From Squalus acanthias (Eukaryota), in contig CM059431.1 in assembly GCA_030390025.1 (NCBI GenBank), positions 94,614,001 through 94,678,000 on the forward strand: DNA of 64,000 nucleotides, written 5' to 3'. This document shows, piece after piece, positions 48,625 to 61,889 of this stretch; position 1 is the stretch's first letter, and the number at the start of each line of letters is the position of its first letter. Below the pieces are notes generated by a model, which did not search any database, had not been told where the DNA came from, and saw only the letters and a program-made list of their open reading frames with translations. Made by a program: the position numbers and the translations under genes.

Positions 48625-50706
48625 ACATTATTGAAGCATTTTTAAAGTGTAGTCACTATTGTTATGTAGGAAATGCAGCAACCTATTTGCACACAGCAAA
48701 GTCCCACAAACAGGAATAAATGAAATTACTAGGTAATTTGTTTTAGTGATCTTGGCTGAGGGATAAATGTTGGACAAGACACCTATGGAGAAGGGTGATA
48801 TAGGCATAGAAATCAGGCAGGGGGGTTGTGATATACTTGAACAAATTAGTATTGAGAGGGAGGAGGTACTAGCGGTTTTAGTGGGCTTAAAAGTGGATAA
48901 ATCCCCAGGCCCAGACGAGATATATCCCAGGCTGCTGTGTGAGGCAAGGGAGGAGATTGCAGGGGCTCTGACACAAATTTTCAGAACCTCTCTGGCCACA
49001 GGGGAGGTGCCAGAGGACTGGAGAACAGCTAACGTAGTACCATTGTTCAAGAAGGGTAGTAGGGATAAACCAGGGAATTACAGGCCAGTGAGCCTAACAT
49101 CAGTGGTAGGGAAATTATTGGAAAAAATTCTGAGGGACAGAATTAGTCTCCACTTGGAGAGGCAGGGATTAATCAGGGATAGTCTGCATGGCTTTGTCAG
49201 GGGAAGATCATGTCTGACCAATTTGATTGAATTTTTCGAGGGGGTGACTAGGTGTGTGGATGAGGGTAGTGCAGTTGATGTAGTCTACATGGACTTCAGT
49301 AAGGCTTTTGAAAAAGTCCCACATGGGAGACTGGTCAAGAAGGTAAGAGCCCATGGGATCTAGGGCAATTTGGCAAATTGGATCCAAAATTGGCTTAGTG
49401 GCAGGAGGCAGAGGGTGATGGTTGAAGGTTGTTTTTGTGACTGGAAGCCTGTGTCCAGTGGTGTACCGCAGGGATCGGTGCTGGGTCCTTTGCTGTTTGT
49501 AGTGTACATTCATGATTTAGATATGAATGTAGGAGGTATGATCAGTAAGTTCGCAGATGACACGAAAATTCGTGGAATGGTAAATAGCGAGGAGGGAAGC
49601 CTCAGGCTACAGGATGATATAGACGGGATGGTTAGATGGGCAGAACAGTGGCAAATGGAATTTAACCCTGAAAAGAGTGAGGTGATGCATTTTGGGAGGA
49701 CTAACAAGGCAAGGGAATACACAATGAATGGTAGGACCCTAGGAAGGACAGAGGATCAGAGGGACCTTGGTGTGCATGTACATAGATCCCTGAAGGCAGC
49801 AGGACAGGTAGGTAAGGTGGTTAAAAAGGCATATGGGATACTTGCCTTCATTAGCCGAGGCATAGAATATAAGAGCAGGTTATGATGGAGCTGTACAAAA
49901 CGCTAGTTAGGCCACAGCTGGAATACTGTGTGCAATTCTGGTCGCCACACTATAGGAGGGATGTGATTGCATTGGAGAGGGTGCAGAGGAGATTCACCAG
50001 GATGTTACCTGGGCTGGAGCGCTTCAGCTATGAAGAGAGACTGGACAGGCTGGGGTTGTTTTCCTTAGAGCAGAGAAGGCTGAGGGGGGACCTGATTGAG
50101 GTGTACAAAATTATGAGGGGCATAGATAGGGTAGATAGAAAGGAACTTTTGCCCTTAGTAGAGGGGTCAATAACCAGGGGGCATAGTTTCAAGGTAAGGG
50201 GCAGGAGGTTTAGAGGGGATTTGAGGAAAAACTTTTTCACCCAGAGGCTGTTTGGAATCTGGAACTCACTGCCTGAAAGGGTGGTAGAGGCAGGAACCCT
50301 CACAACATTCAAGAAGCATTTAGATGAGCACTTGAAATGCCATAGCATACAAGGCTACGGACCAAGTGCTGGAAAATGGGATTAGAATAGACAGGGCTCG
50401 ATGGCCGGCGCGGACCCTATGGGCTGAAGGGCCTCTTTTTGTGCTGTATAACTCTATGACTCTATGACCGGGATAACTCCCCTGCTCTTCTTTGAATAGT
50501 GCCATGGGAATCTTTCACATCCACCTGAGAGAGCAGACAGGACCTCGGTTTGGCGTCTCATTGGAAAGATGGCACCTCTGGCAATATAGCACTTCCTCAG
50601 TACTGCACTGCAGTGTCAGCCGAGATTATTTACTCAAATCCTTGAGTTGGGCTTGAAACCACAACCATCTGACACTGAGGCACAAGTGCTACGACTAACC
50701 ACAGCA
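48625..50706 (-). mobile_element. Deu-domain-type SINE (SacSINE1-like) split by a CR1; SINE parts at ~48625-48784 and ~50469-50706
   Basis: The halves join as GACACC/GGGATAACTCCCCTGCTCTTC. A degenerate tRNA-like head lies at ~50650-50706. The family name is from recognition only. Confidence 0.6.
48785..50468 (+). mobile_element. CR1 LINE (RT to tail)
   Basis: ORFs 48767..49363, 49370..49885 and 49882..50385 with a CTATGACT tail. Confidence 0.92.
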
Positions 50707-50810
50707 AGATTAATTTTAAAACACACTAGTGAATTACCTGTGGTGTTGGCCATAGTCAGTTGATGAATATAAGAGTATTTCATTTATACAAGATGGCAAC
50801 TCACTCCACA

Positions 50811-50826
50811 GAGCCACCTAGTGGTG
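50811..50826 (-). promoter_or_regulatory. CTCF core motif, with an adjacent YY1-like CAAGATGGC at 50789-50797
   Basis: The minus strand reads CACCACTAGGTGGCTC, matching CCACYAGRKGGC. Confidence 0.5.
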
Positions 50827-51967
50827 AAAGCCCGCTATTCCATCATGACAGTTGACATAATAAAGCAGTATAGGAAATGTTGACAGCAATTTACAATGGT
50901 AAATGTTGGCACAAAAACATGACTAAAAGTTGTGACAGCAGGAAGTAAGGTTTGTGGACAAGAAATTTGCACCGTATGCAAGATTTTTAATATTATATCT
51001 AATATTTTAACACAGCTATTTGCATGCTTGCTAGGACACTTTTCCTTTAATTAAGTTTGTGGTGGATTTAAAAGTTCTTATGTATCTTTGAATATTTTGA
51101 TTGGTTAAAAAAAGCTTTCTGATGATTGGTGGAAAGGATGTTAAGAAAAAGGCAAATCTGATTGCACAAGGCATATTTCAAAATGATAGAAAATTAACAA
51201 GATTGGATCAGCCGCCTATTTTGCACCCTGTCATTTTCTTATTTTCCATTGATTTGGTTTCCTACAGGGCGGGTTAGGTTAAAATTACCCCCATACATTG
51301 TGGCCTAGAAATTCAGGAGTGCCCGTTTTTGGGTGCTCCCCCTGCGCAAGGTACTTTCTTTGTGCACGAATGGGAGGGTCCAAGGAGCTCCGGATATTGG
51401 GCCTTGGACCTCATTCGCATTTCAAAGGCGCTGCAGGAGGAAGTTACACAGGTAAGCGATGGAAGTTTGGGCTGCCGCAGCGGCCCACAGGCAAGTGATC
51501 AGTAGCCTGAGATCACGGGTCTCAGGAAAGGGAGCTAGGTGATTGGGAGCAGGGGGGAGGGAGATCAGTGGTCAGGAGCAGAGCCTGGGGGTCAGGGATC
51601 TCCCAACTGGGTTGGGGGAGTGAGGGCAGGGGGAGTGAGGGCAGGGTGACTGCTATCGAGATAGTGCTAAATAACTTACCTTTTTTTCTAGGCGATCTTT
51701 AGGGTTGGTTTCCCTGAGCTAAGCGCTGGCTGCCTCAGAACAAACCAATGTTGCAGCAAGGACCTCAAGCAGTTGTTAGGCCCGTTATTAGGATATTACT
51801 GGATATGGCGGGCAGTGTACTTCTGGTCGGAAGAATGCGCACGCTTCCTGCCTGCCATTTTGGGCACTTAGGAGGCTACATAGCACTTGAAAAACCTTTG
51901 CGACCCAGATTCTCGGACTGCATGTTTCATACTGTTGTAGTAAAACATCATATCATCCGATATACTT

Positions 51968-52399
51968 AAACATAGAAACATAGAATCTAGGAGCAGGAGT
52001 AGGCCATTCGGCCCATCGAGCCTGCTCCACCATTCAATACGATCATGGCTGATCATCCAAATCCAGTACCCTGTCCCTGCTTTAATCCACACAGTACACA
52101 TATCCCAAACTACCCCCGTAACCCCACGTATTTAATTCCCCCTAACATATCCCATCCTATCCCCATAACCCCACATATTTAATCCCCCCCTAACACTAAG
52201 GGTCAATTTATCATAGCCAAATCAACCTAACCCGCACATTTTTGGACTGTGGGAGGAAACCGGAGCACCCGGAGGAAACCCACACAGACACGGGGAGAAT
52301 GTGCAAACTCCACACAGACAGTCACCCGAGGTCAGATTCGAACCCAGGTCCCTGGCGCTGTGAGGCACCAGTGCTAACCACTATGCCACCGTGTTGCCC
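51968..52399 (-). mobile_element. V-SINE (HE1-like)
   Basis: Near-identical to 21446-21874. Confidence 0.92.
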
Positions 52400-53009
52400 T
52401 GTGAGCAATGCCATAGAAGATCATCTATTTCAATGTAAATGTTTAGAATATCCAGTATTTTCTAACTGAGGTTGCTTCCTTTTGATGATGGAGTCCTGGG
52501 CACTTTTCTTTCAGAGGGTTTATTAGCTGATTTCCTATTGTCCTAACCTGCTGTTTCTTTTCATGATGCAGAATTATGTGACTAATGCAAAGCAATTGCA
52601 ACACAGCTGGCTCCTTTGGCTACGCACAATGAAAAAAACACAAAATTCATAACATCTCCTCCACAACATCCCCTTTTATGAATCATGGAGTTTTTCAGTG
52701 TGGTTTTTGTTTAATCTGTTGCATCAAAAACTTAAGCAATTTTTTGAACCTTGTAAAAAGTTTTTTTTCAAGTCAAGGACTTTCCCTCCCCAGTAACGTG
52801 CCAGTAGTGAGGCTTTGTCTCTGAAGCTGTCAGGTCAGCCTGTTCAAATATTATGACAGAGGAGAAATGTTTACAGTCAATTTCACCTGACCACATGTTT
52901 TTTGAAAAATTCTACAAAATCTTTGATTTTGCTCTTTACTGTCACAAACAATTATGGACTTCACAGAGCACATCAAGGTAAAAGTTTCAGATACAGAAGC
53001 TCATATAAT

Positions 53010-53753
53010 GGCCCGAAAATTAGACCTAATACGCGAGAGTACGCACTGTGTACTCTCGCGTTTTAGGTCTCCAATTGCCGGTTTCCAGCATGCACTGCGC
53101 ATGCGCGGGAAACCGGCACTTCATGAACTCAAAAGGGGGCGGTTCCTAAGTGAACCGCGTGCGCGCTACAGGCTGCGCGCACGCAGTTCACTTAGTGCTT
53201 TGAACGCGCAGGTAAGCATGGAAGATTTTGCACATAAAGAAAGGAGGTGTAAGACCCTCTTTTAACAAGGTAAGTAGTTAATTAAGTATTATTTTAAATT
53301 TTTTTCAACAGGTTTATCTTTTTTAGAGACTTTAAAGAAAGGTAAGTTTATTTTTATAACTTTTAAAAAGATTTTAAATTTTTTCAAAAATTTAATTTTT
53401 TGTTTAAAGTGGTTAATTTATTTAACTATACTTATTTTATTAATGTGATGGCTTTTTTAAAAAATTTAATTGAGGTTTAGCTGTTCTTTTGGGGGGGTAT
53501 AGATTCATAGCTTTGACAGCCCTTGCTGTCAAAACTATGAATGAAAGATGGTGTGCTGCCATTGGCTCTAACTGAATCGCGTGATCCCAGAGCTCGCACG
53601 AACTAACTCCGTCTCTGGGATACGCACACACTGCACAGCTGGAGCCTTGAAACTAAAGTTCGTGTGAGCCCGGAGGGAAAAGGTAGGCGCGCAGTGAGAT
53701 ATCGCGGGGAAGCCTTACCCCCGCAGGAACGCTCCGTGTTTAATTTCTGGGCC
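53010..53753. mobile_element. GGCCC-family MITE
   Basis: TIRs GGCCCGAAAATTA / TAATTTCTGGGCC and TSD AAT (53007-53009, 53754-53756). Confidence 0.88.
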
Positions 53754-54083
53754 AATTAGTTTAAGCTTGTTTACAATTAGTTCAAGTTTGTATACAATTA
53801 GTTTATATTTCCTTTGCCATAGGTACACACACATATTATATGTATTATATACATGAATAAGTATGGGCATCAACATGAACATTCAACTGAATATGCAAGA
53901 TTATTATTCGAAGCAAATGTATAGACATCTGATAATATATTGATATTCATGTCCATCAATATACATGTGGCGTGTAAATTTATAAACTCCAATTTATTTT
54001 ATTTGTTCTTTAAGTGCTGCACCTGTACAGTATTTTCCTCACTCTGTTACTTTCATTTTAGGTCTGAAAGCTGGTTCTAGAAT

Positions 54084-54387
54084 ATGTCATCTGACATGAA
54101 TATGGCCAAACGTGAGATAAAATCCAAAAAATGTGAACTAATCGAGTGCCTCTCCAGTGATTCCGACTACATTTTGCAGAAAATAGACTCAAAAGAAATG
54201 CTTTTCCACCATGAATATCAGACACTCAAATATCAGCAGAACCCTGTTAAAAGGATCACAGATCTTCTTGACCTCATATTGGGAAAAGGAGAGAAAAAAT
54301 GTGAAGAGTTTATCCATGCATTGAAAGAAGTTCAAGACACTTATCCTCAACTCAAACATTTAGTACCAATCAACATTAAGAGCCAAG
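54084..54387 (+). CDS. CARD (death-fold) domain coding exon of a host gene; exon 54062-54387
   Basis: Acceptor TTTCATTTTAG ends at 54061. An in-frame TAG (54078) lies upstream of ATG 54084. Donor AAG|GTAAGA at 54388 is phase 1. The peptide ELIECLS..DYILQKIDSKEML...EY..L.....RITDLLDLILGKGEKKCEEFIHAL....YPQL fits the CARD pattern. Confidence 0.82.
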
Positions 54388-54404
54388 GTAAGAAAAGGAA
54401 TACT

Positions 54405-56675
54405 GATGTCAATGAAAAAGAATGAAATAGTTGACTCAGAGACTAGGGTACTGAATTTAAATAAAGGAAACTACGATGGTATGAGGCGCGAGTTGGGTAG
54501 GATAGATAGGGGAATGTTACTCAAAGGGTTGACGGTGGATAGGCAATGGCAAACATTCAAAGATCGCATGGATGAACTACAAAATTTGTTCATCCCTGTC
54601 TGGCATAAAAATAAAACAAAAAAGGTGACTCAACCATGGCTGACAAGGGAAATCAGGGATAGCATAAGATCCAAGGAGAGGACATATAAATTGGCCAGAA
54701 AAAGCAGTAAACCTGAGGATTGGGAGCAGTTTAGGATTCAGCAAATGAGGACAAAGGGATTAATTAAGAGGGGGAAAATAGAGTACGAGCGTAAGCTTGC
54801 AGGGAACATAAAAACTGACTGTAAAAGCTTTTATAAATATGTGAAGAGAAAAAGATTGGTGAAGTCAAGCGTAGGTCCCTTGCAGTCAGAATCAGGGGAA
54901 TTTATAATGGGGAACAAAGAAATGGCAGACCAGTTAAATATATACTTTGGCACTGTCTTCACAAAGGAGAACACAAATAACCTCCCAGAGATGTCGGGGA
55001 ACATAGGGTCTACTGAGAGGAAGGAACTGAATGAAATCAGTATTTGTAGGGAAATGGTGTTAGGAAAATTGACGGCATTAAAGGCCGATAAATCCCCAGG
55101 GCCTGATAATCTACATCCTAGGGTACTTAAGGAAGTGGCCCTAGAAATAGTAGATGCATTGCTGGTCATCTTCCAAAATTCTATAGACTCTGGAACAGTT
55201 CCCATGGATTGGAGGGTAGCTAATGTTACCCCACTGTTCAAAAAAGATGGTAAAGAAGAAACGGGGAATTATAGACCGGTAAGCCTGACATAGATTGTGG
55301 GGAAAATGCTAGAGTCCATTATAAAAGATGTAATAGCAGAGCACTTGGAAAACAGTGACAGGATTGGACAAAGTCAACATGGATTTACAAAAGGTAAATC
55401 GTGCTTGACTAATCTACTGGAATTTTTTGAGGATGCAACTGATAGAATAGATAAGGGAGAACCAATGGATGTGGTGTATTTGGACTTTCAGAAGGCTTTC
55501 GATAAGGTCCCGCATAAGAGATTAGCGTGTAAAGTTAAGGCACATGGGATTGGGGGCAAGGTACTGACTTGGATAGAGAACTGGTTGGCAGACAGGAAGC
55601 AAAGAGTTGGAATAAACGGGTCTTTTTCCGAGTGGCAGGCAGTGACTAGTGGGGTTCCGCAGGGATCGGTCCTAGGACCCCAGCTATTCACTATATATAT
55701 TAATGATCTAGACGAGGGAACTAGATGTAATATCTCCAAGTTTGCAGATGATACAAAGCTGGGTGGGCGTGTGTGCTGCGCGGAGGATGCTGAGAAACTC
55801 CAGTATGATTTGGACAGGTTGGGTGATTGGGCAGAAGCATGGCAGATGCAGTATAATGTGGATAAATGTGAGGTTATCCACTTTGGTGGCAAAAACAGAA
55901 AGGCAGATTATTATCTGAATGGCAATAGATTGGGAGAAGGGGAAGTGCAACGAGACCTGGGTGTCCTTGTGCACCAGTCGCTGAAGGTAAGCATGCAGGT
56001 ACAGCAGGCGGTTAAGAAGGCAAATGGTATGTTGGCCTTCATAACTAGCGGGTTTGAGTACAGGAACAAGGATGTCTTGCTGCAGCTGTACAGGGCCTTG
56101 GTGAGACCACACCTTGAGTATTGTGTGCAGTTTTGGTCACCTTATCTGAGGAAGGATGTTCTTGCCATGGAGGGTGTGCAGCGAAGATTCACCAGACTGA
56201 TACCTGGGATGGCAGGAATGACGTACGAGGAGAGATTGGGTTGATTGGGCTTATACTCGCTGGAGTTTAGAAGAATGAGAGGAGATCTCATTGAAACTTA
56301 TAAAATTCTAACAGGGCTAGACAGAGGATGCAGGAAGGATGTTCCCGATGGCGGGTGAGTCCAGAACAAGAGGTCACAGTCTAAAGATAAGGGGTAAGCC
56401 ATTTAGGACAGAGATGAGGAGGAATTTCTTCACCCAGAGAGTGGTGAACCTGTGGAGTTCTCTACCACAGAAGGCAGTTGAGGCCAAGTCAGTAAATATA
56501 TCCAAGAATGAGTTAGATATATTTCTTAAGGCTAAAGGTATCAAGGGATATGGGGAGAAGGCAGGGATAGGGTACGGAGTTTGGATGATCAGCCATGATC
56601 TCATCGAATGGCGGAGCAGGCTCGAGGGGCCGAATGGCCTACTCCTGCTCCTATCTTCTATGTTTCTATGTTTCT
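54405..56675 (+). mobile_element. Young 5'-truncated CR1 LINE in the CARD gene intron
   Basis: Long ORFs 54406..55293 and 55297..56244 are separated by a single stop. It ends in a TTCTATGT tail. Confidence 0.93.
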
Positions 56676-56846
56676 TCAGTAAATTCATTGACGAGGGCGA
56701 ATTGGGCTTCATTTTTTTGCTGATCGCCTGACATGTATTTGACATGACAACAATATCAGTATATTTCCCTAACTGCATTGTGTAGATGCAAACACCTGAG
56801 AAAAGGTTTGCTAAGTATTTTGCATGTAAATGGAGTTCTGTATTAT

Positions 56847-57365
56847 AACAACAACAACAATTTGTATTTATATAGCGCCTTTAACGTAGTAAAATGTCCC
56901 AAGGCCCTTCACTGGAGCATTATCAAAAAAATTTGACACCGAACCACATGAGGAGAAATTAGAACAGATGACCAAAAGCTTGGACAAAGAGGTAGATTTT
57001 AAGGAGTGTCTTAAAGGAGAAGAAAGAGGTAAAGAGGCGGAGATTCTTAGGAAGGGAATTCCTGAGCTTAGGGCTGAGGCAGCTGAAGGCACGGTCACCA
57101 ATGGTGGAGTGATTAAAATCAGGGTCGCTTAAGAGGCCAGAATTGGAGAAGCACAAAGATGAGCTCAAGTTTATGTAAGGTGAAAGATGGGAAAAAAGCC
57201 AGGAGGGAATTAGAATTGTCGAATCTAGAGGTAACAAAGGCATGAATGAGGGTTTCAGCAGCAGATGAGCAGAGGCAGGGGTGGAGTTGGGTGATGTTAC
57301 GGAGGTGGAAGTAGGTGGTCTTGGTGATGGAGCGGATATGTGGTCGGAACCTCATCTCGGGGTCA
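56847..57365 (-). mobile_element. L2 LINE 3' fragment
   Basis: FHLRNI...AAETLIHAFVTSRFD and GDRAFS peptides with a (TTG)n tail. Confidence 0.8.
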
Positions 57366-57384
57366 TGAGGTATTATAAACACAT

Positions 57385-57700
57385 GCACAGGGTGTGACTG
57401 TAACTGGTATTATAATGTGACTGGTATTATAATCACATATAAAGGGCGTGACCATAACTGCTTTATCATCACATGCAGATTTTGACTGGTATTATAATCA
57501 CATTTAAGGATGTGACTGGTACGTGTATATCGGATGTGAGTGGTATTATAATCATATAAAGGTTATGAATGGTATTATAATCATGTATACAGGGTGTGAC
57601 TAATACTGGGATTAAAATTGCATATATAGGGTGTGACAGGTGCGGGTGATTAGAATCATACATATAGTGTATGAATGATACTGGTATTATAATCACTCCA
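57385..57700. repeat. Degenerate tandem repeat (GTGTGACTGGTATTATAATCA)
   Basis: Recurring TGGTATTATAATCA motif. Confidence 0.7.
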
Positions 57701-57711
57701 CCATTGGCGAC

Positions 57712-58795
57712 CTTCAGGGAGACAGGAAGAAGAGGGTAATGGTTGATGGGTATTTTTGTGACTGGAAGGCTGTTTCCAGTGGGGTTCCGCAGGGTTCAGT
57801 ACTAGGTCCTTTGCTTTTGTGGTATATATCAACGATCTTGACTTGAATATAGGGGGTATGATTAAGAAGTTTGCAGATGAAACTAAAATTGGCTGTGTGG
57901 TTGATACTGAAGAAGGAAGCTGTAGACTGCAGGAAGATATCAATAAATTGGTCAGATGGGCAGAACAGTGGCAAATGGAATTCAATCCGGAGAAGGTGTG
58001 AGGTAATGCATTTGGGGAGGGCTAACAAGGAAAGGGAATACACATTAAATGGTAGGACACTGAGTAGTGTAGAGGAACAAAGGGACCTTGGAGTGCATGT
58101 CCACAGATCCCTGAAGGTAGCAGGCCAGGTAGATAAGGTGGTTAAGAAGGCATACGGAATGCTTGCCTTTATAGCCATGGCATAGAATACAAGAGCTGGG
58201 GGGGTTATGCTTCAACTGTATAAAACACTAATTAGGCCTTAGCTAGAGTACTGCATGCAGTTCTGGTCACCACATTACAGGAAAGATGTGATTGCACTAG
58301 AGAGGGTACAGAGGAGATTTACAAGGATGTTGCTGGGAGTAGAGAATCTTAGCTATGAGGAAAGACTGGATAGGCTGGGTCTGTTTTCCTTGGAACAGAG
58401 GAGGCTGAGGGGAGACCTTATTGAGGTGTATAAAATTATGAGGGGCATAGATAAAGTGGATAGAAAGGACCTATTTCCCTTCGCAGAGGGGTCAAAAACC
58501 AGGGGGCACAGATTTAAAGTAATTGGGGGAAGGTTTAGAGGGTATTTGAGGGGAAATTTCTTCACCCAGAGGGTTGTGGGGGTCTGGAACTCACTGCATG
58601 AAAGGGTGGTATAGGCAAGAACCCTAACCATATTTAAAAAGTACTTGGATGTGCACTTGGGATGCTCTAACCTGCAGGGCTATGGACCAAGAGCTGGGCA
58701 GTGGGATTAGGCTGGATAGCTTTTTGTTGGCCGGCGTGGACACGATGGGCCGAAATGGCCTCCTTCCGTGCTGTAACTTTCTATGATTCTATGAT
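57712..58795 (+). mobile_element. CR1 LINE 3' fragment
   Basis: RT C-terminal peptides and a TTCTATGA tail. Confidence 0.9.
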
Positions 58796-60372
58796 TTGTC
58801 GAATGCCTTTTGGAAATCCATGTACACTACGACAAATGCATTACCCTCATCAACCCTCTCTGTTACCTCATCAAAGAACTCAATCAAGTTAGTTAAATAC
58901 GATTTGCCTTTAACAAATCCATGCTGACTTTCCTTAATTAATCCACACTTGTTCAAGTGACTGTTAATTTTGTCCCTGATTACTGATTCTGGCCTGTAGT
59001 TGCTGGGATTATCTTTGCACCCTTTTTTGAACAATGGTGTAACATTTGCAATTCTCCAGTCCTCTGGTACCACACCCGTATCTAAGGAGGATTGGAATAT
59101 TATGGCCAGTACCTCCACGATTTCCTCTTCAATTCCCTCAGCATCCTATCCACTCCTGGTGACTTATCTACTTTAATTACAGCCAGCCTTTCTAACACCT
59201 CCTCTTTATCAATTTTTATCCTATCAAGTATCCCCACTACCTCCTCCATTACTATGTCTATGGCAGCATCCTCTTCCTTGGTGAAGACAGATGCAAAGTA
59301 CTCGTTTAGTAGCTCAGCCATACCCTCTGCCTCCATGCATAGGTCTCCTTTTTGGTCCCTAATTGGCCCCACCCCTACTCTTACTACTCTTTTACTATTT
59401 ATATGCCTATAGAAGACTTTTGGATTACCTTTTATGTTGGCTTCCATTCTATTCTCATACCCTCTCTTTGCCCCTCTTATTTTCTTTTTCACTTCTCCTC
59501 TGACCTTTCTATATATAGCCTGATTTTCAGATGTATTTGCAACCTGACATCTGTCAGACACGCTCTTTTTCTGCTTCATCATATTCTCTATCTGTTTCGT
59601 CATCCAGGGAGCCCCGACTTTAGTTGCCCTGCCTTTCCCCCTAGTGGGAATGTACCTCAACTGTACCTGAACTATTTCCTCTTTAAAGGCAGTCCATTAT
59701 TCTATTAAAATTTTGCTTGCCAATCTTTGATTCCAGTTTACCTGGGCCAGATCCGTTCTCATCCCACTGAAATTGGCCTTCCCCCAGTTAAACAATTTTA
59801 CTCTAGATTGCTCCCTGTCCTTTTCCATAGGTAATCTAAACCTTATGATACTATGATCCCTGTTCTCTAAATGTTCACCTATTGACACTTGCTCCACTTG
59901 ACCTATCTCATTCCCCAGAACCAGATCCAGCAATGCCTCCTCCCTCGTTGGGCTGGATACATATTGATCAAGAAAGTTATCCTGAACACTTCAGAAATTC
60001 TTCCCCTTCTCTGCCCTTTACACTATACGATCCCAGTCTATATTAGGATAGTTGAAGTCCCCCATTTTACTACTCTATAGTTCTTCCACCTCTCTGTAAT
60101 TTCTCTGCAAATTTGCTCCTCCATATCTTTCCCACTATTTGGTGGTCTATAGAATACACCTAGTAGTGTCATGGCACCTCTATTATTTCTTAACTCTAGC
60201 CATATAAATTCTATCCTAGACCCCTCCGGACATCCTCCCTCTCCAGCACTGTAACATTCTCCTTGACCAATACTGCCACACCACCTCCTATCTTTCCTTC
60301 CCTATCTTTCCTGAACACTTTATAACCAAGAATATTTAATACCCAATCCTGCCCATTTTTGAGCCAGGTCTC
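58796..60372 (-). mobile_element. CR1 LINE ORF2 fragment (endonuclease to RT start)
   Basis: ORFs 59697..59933, 59100..59660 and 58789..59118. Confidence 0.88.
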
Positions 60373-60374
60373 AG

Positions 60375-60586
60375 ATATTTAATAAAGGTATTTCAAATTA
60401 TGAAGGGATGGTACAGAGTAGATAAAAACAAAATGTTCCCAGTGATTGAGGAATCCAGAACAAGAGGACATAGATATAAGATTAAAGGTAAGAGTTTTAG
60501 AATAGAGAACAAGAGAAATGTTTTTACACAGAGGGTTGTGAGGCTATGGAATGCACGACCAAAGTTTGTGATTGAATCTAAGACCA
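60375..60586 (+). mobile_element. Short CR1 3' fragment
   Basis: SRTRGHRYK...FTQRVVRLWN peptide. Confidence 0.75.
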
Positions 60587-61256
60587 TGACCCAGAATTTC
60601 CTCACAGCTGCACCCTTCTGCCAGCGTAAGTTTGCCAGAAGTGTGGCGGAAAACTCGTTCACACAAAACAAGGACATTCTGGACCTATGTTAATTTTTAA
60701 GACTAGGTTAAACAACGATAACAGCAAGGCTCACTCAGCAACTAAAGTTCCTCGCCTTAATGGACATTGAAATCCCACTGATCTGAAGAATGTTACGCTT
60801 GTATTTATATTGTCAGAGGTAATCCTGTAAAGCACAGCAATCACTGCAGAGAGGAGCAGGGTCATCCTGAACCCAAGCACCAGAAAGGATAACATTGTTG
60901 AGGCTGCCGCAAAACACGAATTAAGGCTGAATCCATTTGTGTTAAACAAGAGACTTTTTAATCACAGCATGGTACAAAATGGCAGACTGAAAAGCTCCCA
61001 GAATTCTCTGGGTAAAACCTGAGGCCCCGCCCCCTTCTCCTTAAAGGTAAGGTGCCTTAAAGGGAAGGTGCTGGAAATTTGTCCACAGACGGAAGAGTGG
61101 ATTATGCCCGTTTTAGGTGGCGATCCGCCACAACATCCCATTCTCCAATGTAGAGATTCAAAGTACTCAATCATCAGTATCTCCATGCCACAGCTTATTA
61201 ATTGACAATTGTTGTACTTTGGTGCCACTCATTGCTCTGTACCATTGATTTTACAG

Positions 61257-61477
61257 ACTGTCAAGGTCGCCCAACGGAGATGAAAGAAACATACACAGTG
61301 GAGGCACAGCCACGGAAAATAATGACTCCTGTTCTAAATGAAACCAAGAAGAAAAAGAATTTCATAAAACTGATTCCAGCACAGGACGGTCAAGAGATCA
61401 TAACACAAGATGAGAGCGATGTTGGAATGTTCAGCTGTCTGATGCATTGTATGAGGAGTGTGACTTTCTATAAATAG
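61257..61477 (+). CDS. Candidate terminal coding exon of the CARD gene
   Basis: Acceptor ATTTTACAG ends at 61256. A phase-1 join (G|AC, Asp) enters the open frame DCQGRPTEMKE...ETKKKKNF...VTFYK* in non-repetitive sequence. Confidence 0.55.
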
Positions 61478-61889
61478 ACATTCAAGTTTTGATGAATCGT
61501 TAGCACATAGTTTACATGCTCAGGACTGCCTGGAAAAGAAATGTAAGGGCAATTAAAGTAGAGAAAAGACAGTGCTGTCTTGCTATAATGGAACAAGAAC
61601 AGGTGATGACGCAGATATCAAAGTTCATTTATCTCCTGTGGGCTGCTTAAATGCTAAGTGATGTCAAATAGTAAAAATCCCCAGAAAAACCTATTTTGCA
61701 AGTTCCTGTAAAACAATTATTGAAGACAGTCATTGCTGTGAAGAAAAATTGAAAGTTAAGGCTTGAGTTGTGAAGAATTAAACTTTTAAACAGATGGCTG
61801 TATAAAAAACAACAAAATAACTGGATATGAACAACTTAGAATCTCCATCTACTTGGCTGGATGTTATACAAAGAAAATTTGGAAATGAT

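Noticed and set aside
52954..53265. 103-aa ORF as an upstream coding exon of the CARD gene
   Set aside because: It runs into a MITE, and the CARD ATG has an in-frame stop just upstream.
57712..60372. Twin-priming 5' inversion of a single CR1
   Set aside because: The two pieces cover nearly adjacent ORF2 regions but meet at the 3' tail of the + copy, which is the wrong geometry. Two separate insertions fit better.
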